This document shows positions 17,356 through 25,418 of a DNA stretch of 54,878 bases, in pieces (position 1 is the stretch's first letter; each line of letters opens with the position of its first letter). Source of the DNA: Clostridiales bacterium (GTDB taxonomy: Bacteria; Bacillota; Clostridia; Oscillospirales; CAG-272); assembly GCA_016281775.1 (NCBI GenBank), contig JAEEJH010000091.1, positions 1-54,878 on the forward strand, given 5' to 3'. The notes beneath the pieces are model-generated. The model was not told where the DNA came from. It saw only the letters and a program-made list of their open reading frames with translations, and made no database searches. The position numbers and the translations under genes are program-made.

Positions 17356-18381
17356 ATGATATCATTTGAAAGCGATTATATAACCGGCGCGCATCCTTAC
17401 GTGCTGAGAAAAATGATCGAAACGAACGAGTCGGCGCAGCCGGGTTACGGCGCCGACGAATACTGCGAGAGCGCAAAACGAAAGATAAGAGAAGCCGTCG
17501 GTATCGACAGCGCGGACGTCGAATTCATAGCCGGCGGCACGCAGACGAACGCGATCGTGATCTCCACGATGCTTTCCGATCACGAGGGGGTTATCGCCGC
17601 CGTGACCGGCCACATCAACGCGCACGAAGCTGGAGCGATAGAATATACGGGTCACAAGGTCATACCTCTGCCGCATCGCAACGGCAAGATCGACCCGGTG
17701 CAGCTGCGGAAATATCTTGAAGACTATTACGCCGACGAGAGTTACGAGCACATGGTCTTTCCCGGTATGGTATATATCTCCCACCCGACCGAATACGGCA
17801 CGCTGTATACTAAAAAGGAACTTACGGAGCTTTCGGAAGTCTGCCGCAGGTACGGTATGCCGCTGTACCTTGACGGAGCGCGGCTCGCTTATGCGCTTAT
17901 GAGCAACAACACCGACGTGACGATTAACGATATCGCAAAACTCTGCGACGTATTTTACATCGGCGGTACGAAAGCCGGCGCTCTTTGCGGCGAGGCGGTC
18001 GTATTTACGAGAAACAACAAGCCGAAGCACTTTTTGACGAGCGTCAAAAAACGCGGCGCGCTGCTTGCAAAGGGCAGACTTCTCGGCGTTCAGTTCGACG
18101 CGCTGTTCACCGACGGACTGTTTTTCCGCATAGGCCGCCACGCGATAGAGAAAGCCGAAAGGCTGAAAAAGATCTTTTCGGATCACGGTATAAAAACGTT
18201 TATCGATTCAGACACGAATCAGCAGTTTCCGATACTCGATAACGAAAAGATGAGCGAACTGCGCAAAAAGATCGATTTCTGCTTCTGGGAAAAATACGAC
18301 GAAAATCACACCGTCGTCAGATTTGCAACGTGCTGGTCGACGACCGACGCCGACCTTGACGAGCTTGATAAAGCCCTTTGA
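17356..18381 (+). CDS. ltaE: Low-specificity L-threonine aldolase
   Basis: FESDY, GYGAD, GGTQTN, HEAGAIE, LDGARL, GGTK. Confidence 0.88.
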   Translation: MISFESDYITGAHPYVLRKMIETNESAQPGYGADEYCESAKRKIREAVGIDSADVEFIAGGTQTNAIVISTMLSDHEGVIAAVTGHINAHEAGAIEYTGHKVIPLPHRNGKIDPVQLRKYLEDYYADESYEHMVFPGMVYISHPTEYGTLYTKKELTELSEVCRRYGMPLYLDGARLAYALMSNNTDVTINDIAKLCDVFYIGGTKAGALCGEAVVFTRNNKPKHFLTSVKKRGALLAKGRLLGVQFDALFTDGLFFRIGRHAIEKAERLKKIFSDHGIKTFIDSDTNQQFPILDNEKMSELRKKIDFCFWEKYDENHTVVRFATCWSTTDADLDELDKAL

Positions 18382-18395
18382 CAAAGCATACGATC

Positions 18396-18437
18396 AAAGC
18401 CGTTTGATCCTTTGATTTGCGGATCAAACGGCTTTTT
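18396..18437 (+). terminator. Intrinsic terminator of the deo-ltaE operon
   Basis: 15-bp stem aaagccgtttgatcc/ggatcaaacggcttt followed by T-run. Confidence 0.85.
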
Positions 18438-18464
18438 CTATTCACTCGGTTCGCCCGCGGACCG

Positions 18465-18930
18465 TACGTCATATGCGAAGCATACGTCACGTTCGCAGGT
18501 CGCATCATTTGACGCAAAGCGTCAAACATCATTCCTCCTCGCGCGCCCCCTCGATGAAATCGAGGAAACGGGGGAGGCAGAGGGGTTTGGGGAGATAGGA
18601 GGGCGGGGCTCCCCAAGCGGCGGTTTACCGCCGCACGGAAGTCGCATGGCGACACCTTATTCATTCGTCCCGAACGGGACGATCATCATGCGCGCAGCGC
18701 TCATCATGACGCAGTCTCATCATTTGACGCAAAGCGTCAAACATCATTCCTCCTCGCGCGCCCCCTCGATCACAGATCGAGGATTAGGGGGGAGGCAGAG
18801 GGTTCCCGGGGTTCCCCGAAAAAGCGATTTAGCTTTTTTGGGGGTTCACGGTTCACGGGTTTGGGGAGATAGGAGGGCGGGGGCTCTCCAAGGGCGGCGA
18901 AGCCGCGCCTATGTCGCGCGGCGAACCTCC
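18465..18930. repeat. Tandem structured repeat: REP-like hairpins separated by CATCA/CGTCA plus G-rich module, two copies
   Basis: Exact 53-bp direct repeat 18503-18555 = 18718-18770; shared GGGGGAGGCAGAGGG...TTTGGGGAGATAGGAGGGCGGGG module; many short hairpins. Confidence 0.85.
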
Positions 18931-18961
18931 GATACCGTTTTTCGCCGCCGGCGATTATAAT

Positions 18962-18992
18962 AAAAACGCTTCATTCTGTATCGAATGAAGCG
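18962..18992 (-). terminator. Intrinsic terminator of the glycosyltransferase operon
   Basis: cgcttcattc/gaatgaagcg stem with T-run on the minus strand. Confidence 0.75.
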
Positions 18993-18999
18993 CTTACGG

Positions 19000-20334
19000 T
19001 CATTTACTCTGTTTGCCGGTATCGTTGACGTGGTCGAACGTCGTCTGGTCGCTGTGGGGTATCGGTTTCCAACCGAGGTTGCGTAAGAAGAACGCCTGTA
19101 CGTCCATTATGCACTGGACGCCGAGGAACAGCGGCCAGGTCAGTGTGATCAGTATTTTATGCAGCAGACTTACGTTTTTGATCCTTTTACGTTCGGCTAT
19201 GAATATGATGATCGCGCCGAGCGCGGTGAAAACGTAGGAAGCTATAAGATACCGCAGCCATACGAACAGCAGTCCGTTCGAACGGATCAGATCCGTCGAT
19301 TCTATGAATATCTGATACAGACTCGACGACCGGTCGATCAGCGGCGCGGTCAGCAGCAGTATGATCTGAAGGACCTGCAGAATCACGTACATCAGAGGCG
19401 AGGGCAGTATGTAAGCCGTTATATCGTATACCGATACTCTGTGTTTCGTATCTTTGGCAAACAGCTTTTTGACCATATCCTTGAATCGGGAATAGAATAC
19501 GAGCAGATGCCCTCTCGCCCAGCGGACACGCTGACGCCACATTATGTGAAGCGAAGTCGGCTGTTCGTCGTAGAATACCGCGGCGTCGCAGTAGCGGATG
19601 CTGTGGTCGCGTATCAGCTGATCCGCGGTGAATTCCCAGTCTTCGGCAAGCGAAACGTAATGCCAGCCGTCTTTTACTATATTCGAATTTATCAGATATC
19701 CCGTTCCCTGCACTCTCGTGGAACAGCCGGTGACGGTCCTGCCGCGGCTCTCGAACCGGCAGCCTACGGTGAAATACATACCGTACAGACCGGATATCAG
19801 GTTCGCGCCGAAGTTCTTGGAATTTCTGTAAGAGGTGATGACGCATTCTCTGCCGTAATACTCAAAAGCGTCGTTCATCTTTGAAAAATAGTCTTTATCG
19901 AGTATATTGTCGGCGTTGAAGAGGAAGAAACCGTCGAAATTCTGTGTGCCGTAATCTTCTTCGATACGTGAAAACAGGTACCGGAACGCATAACCCATCG
20001 TATTTTCTTCGGGGTTATTGTATTCGTAAACGTGCACGCCGTATTTTCTCGCCGCGTCGGCGGTTTTGTCGGAACAGTTGTGAGCTATAACGAAGATCTC
20101 GAGCTTATCCTGCGGATAATTGTTTTTCTGTATGCTTTCGATCAGGCCGGTGACGACCGATTCTTCGTTCCTTGCCGGGATTATCAGCCCGAATCTGTTT
20201 TTCTTTTCCGCTTCGGGGTACGTTTTTTTACTGAAAAGGCCTATGATCGCGTAAACGATAAAATGTATAAGTAAGGCGCCAAGCACGGTAGTGATTATAC
20301 TGAAAACCAACCGAACAACGTCTGGATAATTCAT
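19000..20334 (-). CDS. GT2 family membrane glycosyltransferase
   Basis: IIPARNEE, AHNCSD, NADN (DxD variant), LAEDWE, QRVRW motif; N- and C-terminal TM helices. Confidence 0.9.
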   Translation of the reverse strand: MNYPDVVRLVFSIITTVLGALLIHFIVYAIIGLFSKKTYPEAEKKNRFGLIIPARNEESVVTGLIESIQKNNYPQDKLEIFVIAHNCSDKTADAARKYGVHVYEYNNPEENTMGYAFRYLFSRIEEDYGTQNFDGFFLFNADNILDKDYFSKMNDAFEYYGRECVITSYRNSKNFGANLISGLYGMYFTVGCRFESRGRTVTGCSTRVQGTGYLINSNIVKDGWHYVSLAEDWEFTADQLIRDHSIRYCDAAVFYDEQPTSLHIMWRQRVRWARGHLLVFYSRFKDMVKKLFAKDTKHRVSVYDITAYILPSPLMYVILQVLQIILLLTAPLIDRSSSLYQIFIESTDLIRSNGLLFVWLRYLIASYVFTALGAIIIFIAERKRIKNVSLLHKILITLTWPLFLGVQCIMDVQAFFLRNLGWKPIPHSDQTTFDHVNDTGKQSK

Positions 20335-20354
20335 CTCTTTTTTCCTTTATAAAT

Positions 20355-21512
20355 TTATTCCCGGAGTTCCGGATATACCTCGGTGATTTTTTCCCACAGC
20401 ACGTCCGCCGCTTTTTCAGAACCGAAATGGGCGTGATATTCTCTCGCCGCCTTGCGGTACGGTTCAAGCAACGCGGGATCTTCTGCGAATTTCACGATCA
20501 TCTCTACGGTTTTTTCGGGGTCGAGCTGTTTCATCGCCGAGCCGACCGTGTTTATATAATGATCCGCTATATTCCATTCAATGACCGTCGAACAGTTCGT
20601 GACTATCGCGGGATTGCCGAAGAACGTCGATTCGGCTATGATATTGCCGCTTTTGCCGCAGAACAGATCGGACGCCGCCTCGAGCTCGAGTATTTTTTCC
20701 GTAAACATATACGGCACGAATGTGATCTCGTCGGTTGGATGCAGCGTTTTGAAATAATTGAAGAGCTTTTCGTTCTTGCCGCATACCGGTATGACCGTGA
20801 CGGGTATGTGCAGTTTTACGATCTTTTTGCAGATCGCCGCCATTTTGCCGATACCGTAGCCGCCTTCCGCCAAAACGACGGTGAACTTGTCTTCGGGCAG
20901 CCCGAGTTTTCTGCGAAGCTCTTTTTTATCGCGGCTGATGCCGAACGCCTCGTTTCTTATGAGGAACGGAACGTATTTCAGGTTGTTTACGTTGAGTTTT
21001 TTATCTCGCAGACCTTTCTGATAACCGTAAGGCATGCTTATCATACTGAGGTCGCAGTGATATCTGAAAAGCTGGTTGAGCGTCGCGTCGGGGCAGTACA
21101 TTACGGTGAGCGGCTTTTTCTCAAGCCTTTCGGCGTAGTAGTTCGACGCCCAGTGCGTGCTGAACACGACGTCGGGTTCAAGCTCGCGCATATGCCTGAT
21201 CCCCTCTTTGCAGGCTATCGGCGAAAACAGGCGCATGGTTATAAACGTGGAAAGATGCGAACCTATCATATCGGATCCGCCGGAGAGAAACCAGCCGATC
21301 GCGGGATTGCGGTTATATATCCTAACCTGCTTCGATATCATCTGCTCGTATTTTTTCAAATGAGGTTCGCCGGTCTCGGTAAAGAATTTCGACGATACGA
21401 CTTCGACTTTGTCGCCGTACTTTTCTCTGAAAGTCTGGTCTATGGATTTCATAGGCATGATATGACCGAATCCGGCTTCGACGTACGGAAATAGTACTCT
21501 TATTTTTTTCAA
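20355..21512 (-). CDS. MGDG synthase/UgtP-like glycosyltransferase (GT28)
   Basis: AGFGH, PDVVFSTH, GGYG.G, VCGKNEKL, SDLFCGKSG; TTG start. Confidence 0.8.
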   Translation of the reverse strand: MKKIRVLFPYVEAGFGHIMPMKSIDQTFREKYGDKVEVVSSKFFTETGEPHLKKYEQMISKQVRIYNRNPAIGWFLSGGSDMIGSHLSTFITMRLFSPIACKEGIRHMRELEPDVVFSTHWASNYYAERLEKKPLTVMYCPDATLNQLFRYHCDLSMISMPYGYQKGLRDKKLNVNNLKYVPFLIRNEAFGISRDKKELRRKLGLPEDKFTVVLAEGGYGIGKMAAICKKIVKLHIPVTVIPVCGKNEKLFNYFKTLHPTDEITFVPYMFTEKILELEAASDLFCGKSGNIIAESTFFGNPAIVTNCSTVIEWNIADHYINTVGSAMKQLDPEKTVEMIVKFAEDPALLEPYRKAAREYHAHFGSEKAADVLWEKITEVYPELRE

Positions 21513-21629
21513 CCGTTTCCCTCGCTTTCAACATTTTTGCCGCAGAAAACCCTTACCGCGCAAAATGCGGCAACCGGTTTTCACGTTAAAATCCGAAAAC
21601 AACGAATTTTGAACTATTTTGTTTTTTTT

Positions 21630-21658
21630 ATTGTACCACATAAAAATCTTTTTGTCAA
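21630..21658 (-). promoter_or_regulatory. Sigma-A promoter, glycosyltransferase operon
   Basis: TTGACA-17 nt-TACAAT with extended TG. Confidence 0.7.
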
Positions 21659-21759
21659 TCGGTTTTTGTTTTTCTCTGAAAATCTTTTCGTTTTTTCTCA
21701 AAAAAGCGTTTTTGCCGTTTATATTTTATTTTTTGAAATTTATTTTTCTATTTTCTGAC

Positions 21760-21788
21760 TTGAAAATTCATAAAAGCCGTGATATAAT
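21760..21788 (+). promoter_or_regulatory. Sigma-A promoter, plsC-like operon
   Basis: TTGAAA-17 nt-TATAAT with extended TG. Confidence 0.65.
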
Positions 21789-21833
21789 TTATATAATATC
21801 TTACGAAAATCAATTCTATATCAATGTAAACGT

Positions 21834-23042
21834 ATGGGTAAGAAAACATGGATCAAGCCGCATCACAAAACGGTGCGCAACACGGCTAACGTTCTGTTCG
21901 GGCCGTTCGTAAAACTGAAATATAACGTCAGACCGGAAAAATTCGACGTCTCGGACAAACAGCCGTACCTGATACTGTATAACCATCAGACGCCGTTCGA
22001 TCAGTTTTTTGTCGGCATATCGTTCGACACGCCGATCTACTACGTAGCCTCGGAGGATATTTTTTCAAACGGCTTCGTTTCGGAACTGATACGCAAGCTC
22101 GTCGCGCCGATACCGATAGCGAAAGGGACTAACGACGCCGGATCAATACTTAAGTGCATCCGTGTGGCGAGAGAGGGCGGCACGATCGCAATGGCTCCCG
22201 AAGGCAACCGGACTTACAGCGGCAGGACCGGGCACATGGCGGAAGCCGTCGTACCTCTCGCGCGGAAACTCGGTCTGCCGATAGCGCTCTACCGTATCGA
22301 AGGCGGATACGGCAAAAACCCGAGATGGAGCGACAAAGTGCGGCGCGGTAAAATGAGGGCGTACGTTTACGGCGTGATCAAGCCGGAAGAATACGGCGCT
22401 ATGACCGACGCCGAGATGTTCGGGCGGATCAAAGAAGGGCTTTACGTCGACGAAAACCGCGACACGGGCGTTTACGGATCGAACAGACGCGCCGAATATA
22501 TCGAAAGAGCCATATACGTCTGCCCGTTCTGCGGTCTGTCGGAATTCAGAAGCAAGGGCAATTTCGTCACCTGCGAAAAATGCGGCAGAAAGATCGAATA
22601 CCGCGCGGACAAAAAGTTAAAGGGAGTCGGTTTCGACTTTCCGTTCGAATACTTCGGCCAGTGGTACGACTACCAGAACGGATTCATACTGGGTCTCGAT
22701 CCTTCCGATTACACAACCGAGCCGTTATATACGGACAAAGTCGATATATACGAGGTAGAACTCTATAAAAGAAAAAAGCCGTTTATGAAAGGCGCGGAGC
22801 TTTCTCTGTACGGCGACCGTGCGGTCATGAGCGGCAAAGGAGCGGAACCCGTTGTGATACCGTTTTCGGCAATGACGTCGGCCGCCGTGCTCGGCAGGAA
22901 CAAGCTCAATATTTACCGTAGCGGTACCGTGTACCAGATCAAAGGCGGCAAACGGTTCAACGCGCTGAAATATATGAATTTCTATTATCTCTATATAAAT
23001 AAAGAGAAGGACAGCGAAAATGGAGAATTTCTGGGACTTTAA
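21834..23042 (+). CDS. Lysophospholipid acyltransferase (PlsC family) with C-terminal Zn-ribbon extension
   Basis: NHQTPFD (HxxxxD), APEGNR; CPFC...CEKC. Confidence 0.88.
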   Translation: MGKKTWIKPHHKTVRNTANVLFGPFVKLKYNVRPEKFDVSDKQPYLILYNHQTPFDQFFVGISFDTPIYYVASEDIFSNGFVSELIRKLVAPIPIAKGTNDAGSILKCIRVAREGGTIAMAPEGNRTYSGRTGHMAEAVVPLARKLGLPIALYRIEGGYGKNPRWSDKVRRGKMRAYVYGVIKPEEYGAMTDAEMFGRIKEGLYVDENRDTGVYGSNRRAEYIERAIYVCPFCGLSEFRSKGNFVTCEKCGRKIEYRADKKLKGVGFDFPFEYFGQWYDYQNGFILGLDPSDYTTEPLYTDKVDIYEVELYKRKKPFMKGAELSLYGDRAVMSGKGAEPVVIPFSAMTSAAVLGRNKLNIYRSGTVYQIKGGKRFNALKYMNFYYLYINKEKDSENGEFLGL

Positions 23043-24426
23043 CGTATGGAGCAGTTTCAACATAGTGGGCGTTTTACTGCTCAGCCTGCTCATTGCGAAT
23101 ATACTGCGGCGTTCGATTCCGTTTCTGCGGAAATCGCTCATACCCGCCTCGGTCCTCGGCGGCGCTCTTCTGATGATAACGGAGGGGATATACAAAGCGG
23201 TAACCGGCGACGTAATATTCGACACGGCTTTCTTCGGCGGAAACGGCACCGCGGCTCTTGAAATAATAACGTACCACTGCCTCGCGCTCGGTTTCATCGC
23301 TTCGGCGTTCAAAACGACGAAGAGCAAACTTACGAAAAAGAGAGTTTCGGAGATCTTCAATACCGGCGTGACTACGGTTTCCACGTACATACTGCAGGGC
23401 ATTTTCGGTCTTGCGATATCGGTCGTCGCGGCTCTTCTCGTTTCCGGCTTCTTTTCGGGCGCGGGAGTGCTTTTGCCGTTCGGCTACGGTCAGGGCACCG
23501 GTCAGGCGCTCAACTACGGCGGCATTTTCGAAGCCGATTACGGTTTTGAAGGCGGCAAGAGCTTCGGCCTTACGATAGCCGCGCTCGGTTTTCTCTGCGC
23601 GAGCATCGGCGGCGTCATCCACCTCAACATAATGAAAAAGCTCGGCAGGATAAAGACACGCGACGGCGACCACAAAGCGATGTATTCGGAAGAAATAGAT
23701 TCCGAAAACGAGATACCCATGCAGGAAAGCATAGACAAACTCACGATACAGATCGCTCTGATCGCGGCCGCGTATACGCTGACTTACCTGATCATGTCCG
23801 GTCTCGGCGCGCTTCTGCCCGGTATGAAATCGGTGATCTTCGGCTTCAACTTCCTGCTCGGCGTGCTCTCGGCGACTCTCATAAAGCTGCTTTTGAATTT
23901 CCTGCGCAAAAAGAATATCATCAAAAAAGAATACACGAATAACTTTCTTATGACGCGTACGAGCAACTTTTTCTTCGACCTTATGGTCGTCGCCGGCATA
24001 GCGGCGATAAGGCTCGGCGCTTTGCAAAACTACTGGGGCATCATTCTGATAATGGGCTTCGTCGGAATGGTGATAACGTATCTATATAACCATTTTGTTG
24101 CAAAAAAACTGTTCCCCGAATATCAGGAAGAGCAGTTTCTCATGATGTACGGCATGCTCACGGGTACGGCGAGCACCGGTATAATACTTCTGCGTGAGGC
24201 TGACGGCGAATTCGAAACGCCGGCGGCTGACAATATGGTATATCAGAACTTCCCGGCGATCGTATTCGGTTTTCCGATGATGCTGCTCGCAACGCTCGCG
24301 GGCACCAGACCGGTTTTGACGCTCATAATACTGATCGTGTTTTTCGCCGTTATGAACGTCATTCTTTTCAGAAGCAGGATATTTAAATTCAAGAAAAAAG
24401 AGGAACAGAAAGATGAGCAGCTTTGA
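23020..24426 (+). CDS. Sodium/glutamate symporter family (GltS-like) membrane protein
   Basis: IPASVLGG, GYGQGTGQA, YGMLTGTASTG; ~12 TM segments. Confidence 0.8.
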   Translation: MENFWDFNVWSSFNIVGVLLLSLLIANILRRSIPFLRKSLIPASVLGGALLMITEGIYKAVTGDVIFDTAFFGGNGTAALEIITYHCLALGFIASAFKTTKSKLTKKRVSEIFNTGVTTVSTYILQGIFGLAISVVAALLVSGFFSGAGVLLPFGYGQGTGQALNYGGIFEADYGFEGGKSFGLTIAALGFLCASIGGVIHLNIMKKLGRIKTRDGDHKAMYSEEIDSENEIPMQESIDKLTIQIALIAAAYTLTYLIMSGLGALLPGMKSVIFGFNFLLGVLSATLIKLLLNFLRKKNIIKKEYTNNFLMTRTSNFFFDLMVVAGIAAIRLGALQNYWGIILIMGFVGMVITYLYNHFVAKKLFPEYQEEQFLMMYGMLTGTASTGIILLREADGEFETPAADNMVYQNFPAIVFGFPMMLLATLAGTRPVLTLIILIVFFAVMNVILFRSRIFKFKKKEEQKDEQL

Positions 24427-25345
24427 GAATTTGAGGATCGTTGACAACTTCTACCAGACGTCGTTGTTTTTCCCGATGCCTACGGTCATAATAAGCACGC
24501 TGTGCGACGACGGGATGACATCGCTCGGTCCGTATTCGCTCGTTCAGCCGTACTACGTCGCCGGCAAGGATTATTACGCCATGCTCCTTTGCTGCCGCAA
24601 TTCGTCGAACACGGCGCAGAATATTCTTAAAAACGGCAAATGCGCGCTCAACTTCATAAGCGACGATCCGAAGATGTTCAAAGAGGCGGTGAAACTCTCG
24701 TGGCCGGGCGACAAACCCGAAGAAAAAATGCCGAAATGCAATTTCCGCCGCGAAAAGAGTCTCATCGAAGAAGAAACCGGCGAAAAGCGCCCCGAGGTGC
24801 TTACAGACGCGATCGAGGTCATAGAATGCACGTGGATGAGAGAACTTGACGGAGCCGGCAAAGACCTGCCGGGAGAGCTGAACGGCTATGAGGGACCTTA
24901 TCACGACTTCAACGGCATAACGAGCAAATTCGGCGCGCACTTCATTCTTCGCGTTGACAAAATACTCATGAAAAAGAAATACAGAGACGCGATAATCAAC
25001 GGCGTCAGAGCTCAGGACTTCCCCGCTCTGCCGGTCGATTACGGCTACCGCGATTCGAAAAACTTCTGGTTTCACAGAAAGGCGCGTATGAGAGCGGAAC
25101 TTCTGCAGATGCGTCAGGCGACTCTCGAGTCGGTCAGATACGCCGCCGACAGAGCCGACGACAAGGTCAAATTCACAGACGGCGCTCTCAAGACCGTTCT
25201 CGGCGTGCCGCGCGTATTTCTGCCGCTCGTTCTGAAAGGCTGCGTGAGCTGGGCGAAAGAAAACAACGTCGAGCTCATAACCGAAGAACACATGAAGATC
25301 ATTAACGACAAAAGAGCAAAAGAAAAAGAGAAGGGTAAAAAATAA
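24413..25345 (+). CDS. Flavin reductase-like (DIM6/NTAB) protein with C-terminal PCP_red-like domain
   Basis: FPMPTVIIST...LGPYS...NTAQNI...CALNF...IEC FMN split-barrel pattern; C-terminal FTDGAL..V..VP.VF...V...AKENNVELITEEHM. Confidence 0.7.
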   Translation: MSSFENLRIVDNFYQTSLFFPMPTVIISTLCDDGMTSLGPYSLVQPYYVAGKDYYAMLLCCRNSSNTAQNILKNGKCALNFISDDPKMFKEAVKLSWPGDKPEEKMPKCNFRREKSLIEEETGEKRPEVLTDAIEVIECTWMRELDGAGKDLPGELNGYEGPYHDFNGITSKFGAHFILRVDKILMKKKYRDAIINGVRAQDFPALPVDYGYRDSKNFWFHRKARMRAELLQMRQATLESVRYAADRADDKVKFTDGALKTVLGVPRVFLPLVLKGCVSWAKENNVELITEEHMKIINDKRAKEKEKGKK

Positions 25346-25375
25346 CAGCGGCGCCGATAACGCCGATGAAATGAC

Positions 25376-25401
25376 AAAGGACTGCCGGCAGGCAGTCCTT
25401 T
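25376..25401. terminator. Bidirectional intrinsic terminator
   Basis: aaaggactgcc-ggca-ggcagtccttt perfect 11-bp stem between convergent genes. Confidence 0.85.
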
Positions 25402-25418
25402 ATTCTGCGTCTCGTTTT

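Noticed and set aside
18465-18930. Possible CRISPR array
   Set aside because: Only two long repeats, the intervening sequences are themselves homologous and structured, spacing is not CRISPR-like, and there are no cas genes
18412-18960. 182-aa ORF, and the 115-aa opposite-strand ORF, across the repeat region
   Set aside because: TTG start inside a terminator, no RBS, and the sequence is better explained by hairpin repeats
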